The notes under the pieces: generated by a model
What the model was told of the DNA's origin: nothing
Database searches by the model: none
What the model saw: only the letters and a program-made list of their open reading frames with translations
Position numbers and translations under genes: made by a program
Part shown: positions 12,908 through 25,429 of the stretch, piece by piece
Layout of the letters: every line of letters starts with the position of its first letter
How positions within the stretch are numbered: position 1 is the first letter of the stretch
From: Octopus vulgaris
Taxonomy: Eukaryota
Reading direction: 5' to 3'
Assembly (NCBI GenBank): GCA_951406725.2
Contig: OX597830.1
Location: 56,358,001-56,422,000, forward strand
DNA length: 64,000 bases

Positions 12908-14582
12908 ATAGATAGATAGATAGATATAGATATATACACATACACACACACCATGAGTAATAAATCGGGAGTGGATAATGATATTGTATATATTATTATT
13001 ATTAATAATAAGATGAAGAAGAACGAGTTATTTTAAGTGTTGCCCCAAGGAAGACAGATTAATTTTTAAAGGTTTCAAACACGGAATACGTGCGAGGTGG
13101 CAACAGCCGCGAGCGGAAACTAAAGCTGAATAAGGCTTTACAACAACCACATTTTGCATAAATGACTACACACACACACATATATATATATATAGTTGAA
13201 CAGTATATTCCTGGTTATGGTATATAACTTGGTCAGAATGTTTGTGTGTGTGTGACGTACGGTCTTCTTTACTAAATATAAAGGGCGAAGGTCAACGAGT
13301 TAAGAAATTCTGTAGTGTTGGTATCTAATAAAAGCACATTGAAGTAAAGCTTAACCGGTTTAGTTAAGGGAAAATATTCAACGAACGTTGAGGGCGCTTT
13401 GACTTAGCCTAAGCCACATAAGGCTTAGGCTTACCTTAATAACACTCAGCTTCAATACTATATATATATAAGCTTGGCTTGACCAGATGTGTTTTGTGTG
13501 TGTACGTGTGTCCTCAGACGACTAGTAGTGCTTGCTCTGTCTGACTAATTAAACAGAAATTAAGTGATGACAAGTTGTTCCAGCTGAGAGCCGAGCACCA
13601 ACCAACTAACAGGAATATACACCGGACCTGATGAGCTGGCCGCCTTTCAAATTATATCATTAATAATAATAAAAACAAACATTAACTAATTTTGACTGAT
13701 TGCAGCTGGAGACTAGGGATTTAATTAATTATCTAGAAAAAAGCAGTTCCGGTTATTACCGTTGTTGTTTTTTACTTTTCTTTTTGTTTTTTGTTTTTTA
13801 AATATGTATGAAATTTACTTACGAATTTTGTACTTATTCAAAAATGTTCTGCGTGGATTGTTTTCACTATTTGTTTCATAATGAAAATGATATCAGAATA
13901 TATATATAAATAGTTAAATAACAGGTAATGAAAGTACCAAGCAGAAAATTTGTGCGTAGGGGGTTAGATTATAATCTACAAAATAAAGACACGTCGAGCC
14001 TAAATAGAAAGCAGCAGTCGTACATATAGAGGTTTAAACTGTGTATATATAAATGAATAATAAATGTTTATATATATAAATAAATAACTCATATTACATA
14101 ATATACATGTGTGTATGATATAGGTGTGTAATATATGCATACGCACGCGTATATATTAGATATATGAATGCATCTGAGTAGAACAACTATATTCAGCATA
14201 TATACTCACATGCGTGTATATATAATCACATATACACGTGTATGATACACATATATCATATATATACACATAGCCATACACTATATAAATGCATTTATAT
14301 ACATCTATCTTTATACATATACACACACATATATATATATTAAATATATATGTATATATATTTATCCATATACAAATGAATATATTTATGAAATGTACAT
14401 ATCTTACAGAAATATAACACATGATGTGTGAGTGTGTGTATATATATTATATTATATATATATATGTATGTCTAAGAGGAGTGTGTGTGAGATCGGTTTA
14501 AGCAACAAGCACCACAAGTAATGAAGAGAGGCGGGGGGCGAAAATATAGAAAGACCAACATAAAACCATTCTTATCACTTAC

Positions 14583-14663
14583 AGTGACTTTCCTCAGTGT
14601 CTTCTCGTCATTATCTGTCATCTGCTGGCATTGTTGCTGTGTTGAGGTGTTTATCTGCTCCAT
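14583..14663 (-). CDS. Candidate first coding exon MEQINTSTQQQCQQMTDNDEKTLRKVT
   Basis: ATG at 14663, 27 open codons, perfect GTAAGT donor at 14582-14577, phase 0; product not recognised. Confidence 0.45.
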
Positions 14664-15179
14664 AGGCCTATACAATAATAAGGTGACATAGTGAAGCTCA
14701 GTTAAAACAAGTTGTCATTGGCAAATCTTCGTGGCCAACACGACGACGACACACACACAGTTACGCATACACAGTAGCACTACACTGACACATACACACA
14801 GCTGTATACATTCACATACGCAGCAAAAAAACGGTGCGATTAGAAGGCAAGGGACATAACTCTAGCCTGCATTATTCATTCAGCACCGCCAACCTGGGTT
14901 TCTCTTGAGGCTTAATTTATAAATTTCTTTTTTTGAGCATATTTTTTGGGTTTTTTTTTTTTACTCATTTAGCTGAATACTAATTAATTATTTATGAGTT
15001 TATTGATAATTATTAGTATATCGATATACATTAACCGCATTTTCTTCTGCTGCCGTTTCCCTATATAAATGCTGTTAAATATTATTTAGTTATAAAAGAC
15101 AGTTAAGGAAATAGCCATCGTAAATTCCGGAACTTTCTGCAGGTTGTCTCTCTCTCTCTCCCCTTCTTTCTCAGGATAT

Positions 15180-15232
<53 letters not shown>

Positions 15233-15345
15233 TTTATTTTATTGTGCTGAGTTTGATTTGAGAACATAATCTTTTGTGGGGAATGACGATTTGATGTCTA
15301 TATCTAGCATATTGACTGTCCACTTTTCGTGTTCAGTCCTTAATT

Positions 15346-15412
<67 letters not shown>

Positions 15413-15459
15413 ATGTATATATATATGTGTGTGTGTGTGTGTGTATGTATATATATATA

Positions 15460-15508
<49 letters not shown>

Positions 15509-15509
15509 A

Positions 15510-15865
15510 GAGGCGCAGTGGTTAGAGCAGCGGCCTCGCGATCGTAGGATCGCGGTTTCGATCACCTAAAGCTCCATGAGGCTCCGGCTGTACTCTTTCA
15601 CAACTTTCTCTCACTCTTTCTTCCTGTTTCTTTGTACCTGTATTTCAAACGGCCAGCCTTGTTACACTCTGTGTCACGCTGAATCTCCCCGAGAACTACG
15701 TTAAGGGAATACGTGTCTGTGGAGTGCTAATGAATGAGCTGCGACGTCACTGGTGCCAAGCTGTATCGGCCTTTGCCTTTCCTCTGGATAACATAAGTGA
15801 CGTGGAGAGGGGAGGCTGGTATGCATGGATGACTACTGCAATCCCATGACCGAAGGGGGTCACAA
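15510..15865 (+). mobile_element. Deleted tRNA-derived SINE family D fused to a family E fragment
   Basis: Head aggcgcagtggttagagcagcgg...ggtttcgatc; matches 53390-53772. Confidence 0.75.
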
Positions 15866-15959
15866 CAACAACAATATATATAGGCGCAGGAGTGGCTGTA
15901 TGGTAAGTAGCTAGCTTACCAACCACATTGTTCGGGTTCTGTCCCATTGCAGAAGCCCG

Positions 15960-16069
<110 letters not shown>

Positions 16070-16152
16070 GTGAGTTGAGTACAGAAATTCGGGGTGAGTA
16101 CTTGATAATTATAAGCACCTGTATATACCGTTTGGTGGTGTAGGTGGAGGAG

Positions 16153-16225
16153 TAAATTGATCAAAATAAAAACATGATGCCAAGGACACCGCTGAATCCT
16201 TGGCATCATGTTTTTATTTTGATCA

Positions 16226-16230
<5 letters not shown>
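16153..16230. repeat. Perfect 34-bp inverted repeat, 10-nt loop
   Basis: taaattgatcaaaataaaaacatgatgccaagga / its reverse complement. Confidence 0.95.
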
Positions 16231-16278
<48 letters not shown>

Positions 16279-16279
16279 C

Positions 16280-16320
<41 letters not shown>

Positions 16321-16525
16321 AAATAGGTGAATGAATTATCCTATGTTTATCGTCAGCATGGAAAATTCGTTGAACCGAAACCAGGGTAGCAAATTCACGT
16401 CAGAAACACGGTTGAAGCGACCTGTCCAAGGGTAGAAACTCCGGGTTCAAGTGCAGAAATTTGTGTGTTTTATATGAATAAATGAAAGAATGGAGTCGAA
16501 CGGAGATGTTAACAAAATTCCTTTA

Positions 16526-16607
16526 CTCTCGACATACGTCTCGAAGACAACATGGTTTCATTCCAAAGGAATAAAGGGTGCATTAGGCAATCTTCTCATC
16601 AGGAAAG
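16526..16607 (-). ncRNA. Type I hammerhead motif with one core change (GAGA)
   Basis: ctttc-CTGATGA-gaaga...tcttc-GAGA-cgtat-GUC-gagag. Confidence 0.7.
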
Positions 16608-16896
16608 AAAGGGAGCTTCTCTCGACAACAAGACAAACAAAAATTTCGATGACTGCCTACATGGTAAACAAAACGATAATGAGTGTTTTTAAAAAAACAG
16701 TTAGGAGAATTGACGTCAAAGATAGATAGTAGGAAGAGAAGGGTTAAAGGAATAATAGGTAGGGAATAAGTGGAGAGGGAAGGGTACGTTGATTGAAAGA
16801 ATGTTCGAAGGCTTAGGAAAGAATTTCGCTATTGAAGTGGAGTGCACGTTAAGCTAATTGTTCAAACCACAGTGACTATCGTTATCATTTATATGA

Positions 16897-16936
<40 letters not shown>

Positions 16937-16942
<6 letters not shown>

Positions 16943-18133
16943 AATTAATAAAACATATGCATATATACATACATATATGTACGTGCCTACCTCTACAATA
17001 TACATACATGCATACATGGGTACAGGACACCAAAAAAACCTCGAACACAATGAGAAACGAAAACATAAGCACAAAACCAAGGAAATGGACATTCCTTTTA
17101 AACAACGAAAAAATAGAGTACAGGACATACAAAACAAGGAAAATTCCCCTTCTTCAGTCGCCTTTGTTTCATCTACTCCATGTTTCGAAGGTCAAGGTGA
17201 TACATGACCTCAATAAAACTTTCCTTCCCGCGAAAATCAAATTAAATAAAATTTGAGATTTTTTTGCGGAGGGGTAAAAATGGTAACAAAAACAGGACAG
17301 TAACGACAGTACAAAATATAAACAGTAAAAGACAGGACATGGAGAATAACAGTAACACAAACAAGAAGGGCTGTTAAACCAAACGAGATAAATTTTTTTT
17401 TTTACGAACGCTCCCTTTCTCATCCTTCATTCTTTTGGCTTTCCTTTTCTTCTACCTTACTGTCTCTCCCTCTCTCTCTCATTCTTCATTCTTTTCTCTA
17501 CAACCATTCCCTTTTTTTCTCTCCCTTTCTCTTACTCTTCCTCCACCCTCCCGTCGCGGTCACATGATGAGATGGGTCCCACTGTCTTTCTTCTCCTGGC
17601 TTCCTTCAAGTAGAGACGGTAAAATCTGTTGCTCTCTGCCGTTCTCAAAAAATAGCGTTCGTAAAAAATTTTCATCTCGTTTGGCTTAACAGCCGTTCTT
17701 GTTTGTGTTACTGTTATTCTCCGTGTCCTGTCTTTTACTGTTTATATTTTGTACTGTCGTTACTGTCCTGTTTTTGTTACCATTTTTACCCCTCCGCAAA
17801 AAAATCTCAAATTTTATTTAATTTGATTTTCGCGGGAAGGAAAGTTCTATTGAAGTCATGTATCACCTTGACCTTCGAAACGAGGAGTAGATGAAACTAA
17901 GGCGACTGAAGAAGGGGAATTTTCCTTGTTTTGTATGTCCTGTACTCTATTTTTTCGTTGTTTAAAAGGAATGTCCATTTCCTTGGTTTTGTGTTTATGT
18001 TTTCGTTTCTCATTGTGTTCGACGTTTTTTTGGTGTCCTGTACCCATATATGCATGTATATATACATGTAGAGCTAGGTACGTACATATATGTATGTATA
18101 TATGCATATGTTTTATTTATTAATTTATTATAT
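16937..18133. repeat. Large inverted repeat, arms about 475 bp, 241-bp spacer; likely inverted Penelope-like pLTR pair
   Basis: 16937-17412 is the reverse complement of 17654-18133 with scattered mismatches; ORF track shows mirrored translations. Confidence 0.9.
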
Positions 18134-18173
18134 GACGGAATGCACGCATCCATTTCTAAGTAAGATTGTTCTT

Positions 18174-18224
<51 letters not shown>

Positions 18225-18435
18225 ATGTGTATATATATGTTTGTGTGTCTGTGTTTGTCCACCCCAACATCGCTTGACAACCGATGCTGGTTCGACAAAA
18301 GAGACCGATAGAATAAGTACTAGGCTTACAAAGAATAAGTCATTGGCTCAATCTGCTCGACTAAAGGCAGTGCTCCAGCATGGCCACAGTCAAATGACTG
18401 AAACAACTAAAAGAATATATATATGCATATATATA

Positions 18436-18935
18436 TCATCATCATCGTTTAACGTCCGCTTTCCATGCTAGCATGGGTTGGACGATTTGACCGAGGGCTG
18501 GCGAACCAGACAGCTTGATGTCGTTCCTAATGCCAACCACTCAGAGAGTGTAGTAGGTGCCTTTATGTGCCACTGGCATGAGGGCCAGCCAGGCAGTAAT
18601 GGCAACGGCCATGCTCAAATGGTGCTTTTTATGTGCCATTTGCTCAGGAGCCAGTCCAGTGGCACTGGCAACAACCTCGCTCGAATGCTTTTCGCGTGCC
18701 ACCAGCACAAGTGCGAGTAAGGCAATCACGCTTGAATGGTGCTTTTACGTGTCACTGGCACGGAAGCCAGTTTGTTGCTCTGGCAACGATCATGCTCAGA
18801 TTGTACTCTTAGTGCTCCACTAGCATGGATGCCAGTCATCGAATTTGATTTTGATTTCGATTTCACTTGCCTCAACAGGCCTTTTGCAAGCAGAGTTTAG
18901 TCTCTAATGAAGGAAAGGTACACATAAGAACTGTG
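18436..18935 (-). mobile_element. SINE family A, long variant
   Basis: Consensus match with internal repeated units. Confidence 0.8.
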
Positions 18936-19817
18936 TTGTTGAAAAGCAAAATTCTTACCACACATCCATACACACTAAAAGGAATATTAAAAACAAATAG
19001 AATTTAAAAAATAAAAAGAGTTGAGAAAATGTAGCAAAGCTAACAGCAGTGCTCCAGCATGGCTGCAGCTCTTGAACTGAAACTAGTAAAGAAAAAAAGA
19101 AGTATATATGATAAAAAGGAGCACTTTGTGAATCCAAGTTATGATCCAGTAGGCATGTTATAAGCTTTACAGAGTGAATATTAATTAATTTAATTAAAGA
19201 AAAGCTAAGTCAAATAGATATTAAAATCATTTCTGTAACTTAGCGGTTCGGGAAAAGAGACCGATAGAATAAGTACTAGGTTTACAAAGAATAAATACTG
19301 GGGTCGATTTGCTCGACTAAAGGTGGTGCTCCAGTGTGGCCACAGTCAAACGAGAGAAAGAGAAAAATGAACATCATTTATTCAATACCACATATAAAGT
19401 TATGCATGTGATGTATGCAACATTATTGTTCATTCCCTTCCTCAGATATCCTGATTAGAAACACAATCAACTTATGAAAAAATTCTGTGGTATAGAATGA
19501 ATTTAAATCACTTCATGGGCATGTCAACAGGATTACAAACAGACCAAACGTATATATCATAGTTCATCGTCAACAAGTATTTTATATGTCACATAAAATT
19601 TGAGCCAGTTAATCATAATAAAACTGAAATCTTATAGTTCTGGGCTATTTACTTGTTTTTATGACCATCCTAAGTGACTTTGGGCAATTACCAGGAGATC
19701 CACACAGTAGTTTCAATAACAAGAATAACAAAGTAGATAAATATAAAGAATGTGGAACATTAATTACCAATTCATTAAACTCTTTCATTCCATACCCATC
19801 ACAAACTCAATCTCACC

Positions 19818-19856
<39 letters not shown>

Positions 19857-19911
19857 TAGACACACATAGATAAATAGATAGATAGATAGGTAGGTAGGTA
19901 GGTAGGTAGGA

Positions 19912-20143
19912 AGGCGGCGAGCTGGCAGAAACGTTAGCACGGCGGGCGAAATGCTTAGCGGTATTTCATCTGCCGCTACGTTCTGAGTTCAAATTCTGCC
20001 GAGGTCGACTTTGCCTTTCATCCTTTCGGGGTCGATTAAATAAGTACCAGTTACGCACTGGGGTCGATGTAATTGACTTAATCCGTTTGTCTGTCCTCAT
20101 TTGTCCACTCTACGTTTAGCCCCTTGTGAGCAATAAAGAAATA
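19912..20143 (+). mobile_element. SINE family C, full length
   Basis: ggcggcgagctggcagaaacgttagc head through ccccttgtgagcaataaagaa. Confidence 0.9.
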
Positions 20144-20154
20144 AGGTAGGAAGG

Positions 20155-20300
<146 letters not shown>

Positions 20301-20537
20301 TAGATAGATAGATAGATAGATAGATGGATAGAAAGATAGATAGATAGATAGATGCTACATATGGACATTTTTGCCTTGAATTCTTTTTGGGGATAATTAT
20401 TTTAATATTTATTTTGTACATTTCCTCTGCATCTCTTCTATCTTTCCACTTCTCTGATTACTAAGCTAATAATTTTAATTATGAACTTAGGATGTCGTTC
20501 ATTGTTTTTTTTAATTCTTTTATATCTTTCATTGCAT

Positions 20538-20576
<39 letters not shown>

Positions 20577-20877
20577 TATTATGTTGTTTATGATCAAGGG
20601 ACAAGGGGAAATATCACTTTGCTCTGAAACAGATGAAAGTTGGAAACAGGAAGATTACCATGATGTAGAAAACGCATCATGCTGAAGTACATTTGAACCA
20701 TGCAAGCATGGAAAAGTGGAATATCAAAACTGATAATTACAATGATTATCCTGAACTGATAGAGATAATGATAATGAAGATGATGATAGGAAGACTAGTG
20801 GTGGTCATAATGATACTTTAAAGCATTCTTCTAGCGATACATTCCTGTAGCATTTTAATAAGTATATGTACATACAC

Positions 20878-21185
20878 ATCATCATCATCATCATCTTCAT
20901 TTAGCATCCGTTTTCCATGCTAGCATGGGTTGGACGGTTCAACCGGGGTCTGTGAAGCCGGAAGGCCGCATCAAGCCCAGTCAGATCTGGTAGTGTTTCT
21001 ACGGCTGGATGCCCTTCCTAACGCCAACCACTCTGTGAGTGTAGTGGGTGCTTTTTACGTGCCACCCGCACAGGTGCCAGACGGAGCTGGCAAACGGCCA
21101 CGAACGGATGGTGCTTTTACGTGCCACCGGCACGGGGGCCAGGCGAGGCTGGCAACGGACACGAAAGGATGGTGCTTTTACGTGC
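20878..21185 (-). mobile_element. SINE family A
   Basis: Consensus match. Confidence 0.85.
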
Positions 21186-21465
21186 ACACACTTATACATA
21201 TACTTACATACATACATATGTGTGTGTGTGTGTGTGTGAGAATATATATATATAATAAACAGAAAGTATATTTGGTATTTCAAGCTTTATAAAAACCTAC
21301 CCGTGTTTCAATAAAACAACAGACAGGACTACGCAATCATTTGATGAAAGTACATAATCTTATCAAACTATCTTCTTTGTGCTTTGGACAAAAAAATACA
21401 CATGCAAATTACCTACAATATCAATGGAGTGGCAATATATATATATACATATATATATATATGTA

Positions 21466-21506
<41 letters not shown>

Positions 21507-21585
21507 CAAATATGAATCAGAGATAAAACCACTATTATGGAACTCAAACAGTGATAGACATAAACCAATACATAAATAACAAATA

Positions 21586-21650
<65 letters not shown>

Positions 21651-21652
<2 letters not shown>

Positions 21653-22050
21653 CGCAGGAGTGGCTGTGTGGTAAGTAGCTTGCTAACCAGCCACATGGTT
21701 CCGGGTTCAGTCCCACTGCGTGGCATCTTGGGCAAGTGTCTTCTGCTATAGCCCCGGGCCGACCAATGCCTTGTGAGTGGATTTGGTAGACGGAAACTGA
21801 AAGAAGCCTGTCGTATATATGTATATATATATGTGTGTGTGTATGTGTTTGTGTGTCTGTGTTTGTCCCCCTAGCATCGCTTGACAACCGATGCTGGTGT
21901 GTTTACGTCCCCGTCACTTAGCGGTTCGGCAAAAGAGACCGATAGAATAAGTACTGGGCTTACAAAGAATAAGTCCTGGAGTCGATTTGCTCGACTAAAG
22001 GCGGTGCTCCAGCATGGCCACAGTCAAATGACTGAAACAAGTAAAAGAAA
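21651..22050 (+). mobile_element. SINE family B, full length
   Basis: A box tggctgtgtgg, B box ggttcagtccc, 3' cagtcaaatgactgaaacaagtaaaag. Confidence 0.9.
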
Positions 22051-22124
22051 AAAAAAAGAGTATGTAATTGTTTTTTTCCCCAAAAGTATAAAAAGAATGA
22101 TAAATATAATATAATAAATAAAAA

Positions 22125-22224
22125 CACTATGTACGTTTCATGGCTATAATTAAATTCGAATTACAATTAAGTTTAAATTCAATTGAAATAAATTCAAACT
22201 AAAATTATAGTCAATCTTCAGGTT
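22125..22224 (-). ncRNA. Type I hammerhead motif, decayed copy of the 48768 family
   Basis: aac-CTGAAGA-tgactataatt...aattatagcca-GAAA-cgtaca-UA-gtg. Confidence 0.7.
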
Positions 22225-22505
22225 AATGATAATAGTTAAATAAATAGGCAAATAGAGTTAAACAATATTTTTTAAGAAATAAATAAAATAATAATTTTTC
22301 TTATAAAAAAACTCCATTATCTAAATTGGAAACTTTATATATATACATATAGATTATATATTATATTACTTATATTTATATTATTTATTATTTTTGTATT
22401 GGTTTATGTCTATCATTGTTTGAGTTGCCTAATAGTGGTTTTATCTCTAATTCATATTTTATATATGCATATATATATATGTGTATATATATATATATAT
22501 ATATC

Positions 22506-22745
22506 TCGTGCCGGTGGAACGTAAAAAGCACCATCCGATCATGGCCATTTGCCAGCCTTGTCTGGCACATAAAAAGCACCCACTACAATCATGGGGTGGT
22601 TGGCGTTAGGAAGGGCATCCAGCCGTAGAAACATTGCTAGATCAGACTGGGCCTGGTGCAGCCTTCTGGCTTCTCAGACCCCAGTTGAACCATCCAACCC
22701 ATGCTAGCATGGAAAGCGGATGCTAAACGATGATGATGATGATGA

Positions 22746-22748
<3 letters not shown>
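22506..22748 (+). mobile_element. SINE family A
   Basis: Consensus match plus (GAT)n. Confidence 0.85.
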
Positions 22749-22789
<41 letters not shown>

Positions 22790-23361
22790 ATGTATGTATG
22801 TATGTATGTATGTATGTATGTATGTATATATATGTATAGTACAATCCTCATTAGGGATTATGTAATCCAAGATATTTCAGTGGTTAATCCATATCATATA
22901 ATGCAAAAGGTGTATGTTAGGGATTACTGAAATTATATATTATCAGAATTGAAGGAAAAAGAAAATGGAGAAAAAAATGGATGCACAAATAATTATTTGT
23001 ATGGATGCGCAAATAATTATTTGTATGTTATAAAATTATGAAAATTTCTTTTAAGAAACATAACAGTACAAATAAATTAGTTACAAGTTGTAAAGCTTGA
23101 AAAAATAAAATAAAGGAACCTACATATATGTTTCAGTCCTATCAGCTTGTTGATCAGAAGCTTTAAGGATTTGGTTAAATGCTAAGAAAGGTATCATATT
23201 CTAACTATATGGGGTAGGACTTCTGCATGGTTAATTATGAGCTGATGGAAGTTAGGTTATCATTTTTCTTTTGAAGGATGCATGCAGAGTATTAGTAAGT
23301 TTAAGAAGTTAAAAGCTATATATATAGTAAGTTTATCTAAGTGATGGGTTCTGTATATTCA

Positions 23362-23645
23362 GGCGCAGGAGTGGCTGAGTGGTAAGTAGCTTGCTTACCA
23401 ACCACATGGTTCCGGGTTCAGTCCCACTGCATGGCACCTTGGGCATGTGTATTCTACTATAGCCTCGGGTCGACCAAAGCCTTGTGAGTGGATTTGGTAG
23501 ACGGAAACTGAAAGAAGCCTGTTGTATATATGTATATATATGTGTGTGTGTGTGTGTGTGTTTGTGTGTGTGTCCCCAACATCACTTGACAACCGATGCT
23601 GGTGTGTTAACGTCCCTGTAACTTAGCAGTTCAGCAAAAGAGACT
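23362..23645 (+). mobile_element. SINE family B, 3'-truncated
   Basis: Consensus match. Confidence 0.85.
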
Positions 23646-23662
23646 GTTACACACACACACAC

Positions 23663-24265
23663 ATTGTTGCAGTTTAGGTCTGAACGTAAATCTCTTTATA
23701 GTCATGTTGTATTAAAAATAATTTGTATCAGAGAGAGGTGAACACCATTTCAGCAGTGTCTCATGAAAATGACAGATGTTTTCCCAGCCACTTGGGGCTT
23801 TTCAGTGCCATGTACCTCATTGTCACTTGTGTAGAGGAAGTTTGTGCTAAATGGGAAACAATGGATAATACATTCATTGGTATTGTGGAAAACTTTCTGG
23901 GCTGTAAAAAATTTTAGTGAAGGCAATTGAAGTAGGCATCAAATTATAAATCACAATTGCCATCTGTATATCATACTAAATATATATACAACATTGAAAG
24001 GTATGATGCTGTGGTTTTATCTGAGAAGAAATCTCTCCATAACATGCTGTGTTAAAAACACAATAAATATTAAAGCAAGGTAAATATTATTGCAGCAGTG
24101 ACCCATGAAAACAGAAGATGCATTTTGTCCTACTTCATATTTGTCAAAGACATGTACTTACTTGTCACTTGCTAAGTTGGAATATAGGAAACAGTGAACA
24201 ATACTTCGTGGAAAGCTTGCAAGGCTGTAAAAAACATGATGAACTATTCCTGTAGGTGTTAATGT
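23663..24265 (+). pseudogene. Two diverged tandem units (offset 342 bp) with a coding-like substitution pattern
   Basis: ISAVSHENDRC..MYLIVTC..ETMDN..GCKK vs IAAVTHENRRC..MYLLVTC..ETVNN..GCKK; stops and frameshifts present. Confidence 0.45.
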
Positions 24266-24469
24266 CTTTGTGACACAGTTAAATTTTTTGTGTAGCTAGT
24301 CTTTGTCTTTTGTGTCAGTATAGTTGGATTGTGGTTCTAATCTGAGTGAAATGATTCAAAGCTCAGCCAAAATCACACCACAGGAGTCTTCTTGCAGTGA
24401 GTTTGTTATAAAACCAATGTAACTTAGCAGCTTAGCTCATGAATAATTCTATACAGTAGTAGAATACCT

Positions 24470-24698
24470 ATTTCTTTATTACCCACAAGGGGCTAAACAT
24501 AGAAGGGACAAAGACAGACATAGGTATTAAGTCGATTACATCGACCCCAGTGCGTAACTGGTACTTAATTTATCGACCCCGAAAGGATGAAAGGCAAAGT
24601 CGACCTCGGCGGAATTTGAACTCACAACGTAACAACAGACGAATTACGGCCACGCATTTCGCCCGGCGTGCTAACGTTTCTGCCAGCTCGCCGCCTTC
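24470..24698 (-). mobile_element. SINE family C with target-site duplication gtagtagaatacct
   Basis: Consensus match; flanking direct repeat. Confidence 0.9.
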
Positions 24699-24768
24699 GT
24701 AGTAGAATACCTTTTACAGTAGTAGAATACCTTTTAGTCCCTTTTTCAAAAAAATCTATCCTCTATAT

Positions 24769-25160
24769 AGGCACAGATGTGGTTGTGTGATTAGAAACTT
24801 GCTTTCCAACCACATGGTTCTGGGTTCAGTCCCACTGCATGACACTATGGGCAAGTGTCTTCTGTTATAGCCCTGGGCTGACCGAAGCCTTGTGAGTGGA
24901 TTTGGTAGGCAAAAACTGTAATAAGCCCATCGTATACACATCTATGTATATATCTATGTGTGGGTGTCTTTGTGTCTGTGTTTGTCCCCCTATCACTGCT
25001 TGACAGCTGGTGCTGGTGTATTTATGTCCCCATAACTTAGTGGTTCAGCAAAAAGAGACTGATAGAATAAGTACCAGGCTTAAAAAATAATAAGTACTGG
25101 GACTGATTCATTCAGCTAAAAATTTTTTCAAGGTGGTGCCCCAGCATGGCCTCGGTCTAT
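24769..25160 (+). mobile_element. SINE family B
   Basis: Consensus match. Confidence 0.8.
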
Positions 25161-25429
25161 GTATTAGTGACAGAGACAGCATTAATACCAATTTCAAATT
25201 TTGGCCCAAAGCCAGCAACTTTGGGGAAGGGGTAAGTCAATTTCATTGACCCCAGTACTCAACTGGTACTTATTTTATCAACCCAGAAGGGTTAAAAGGC
25301 AAAGTCAACCTTGGCAGAATAAGAGGCAGTATTAATAGTAAGGGTTAATATTTAACTCCTTAAACATGGATCTTCTGTCAGAACAAACTCTACTGTAGTG
25401 GATACCATGAGAGAAATTCACATATATAT

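Larger units (their letters stand above)
11200..15180 (-). promoter_or_regulatory. CpG-retaining, TE-poor unique block: probable promoter region with alternative first exons
   Basis: No SINEs over about 4 kb, frequent CG, clustered minus-strand donors (11646, 12372, 12772, 13434, 13822, 14582). Confidence 0.55.

Noticed and set aside
13626-13650. CTGATGAG in the promoter block
   Set aside because: No stem II, GAAA or UH arrangement.
23118-23148. Minus-strand GAAACATATATGTA palindrome preceded by CTGATA
   Set aside because: Core and stem II are incomplete; could be chance in AT-rich DNA.
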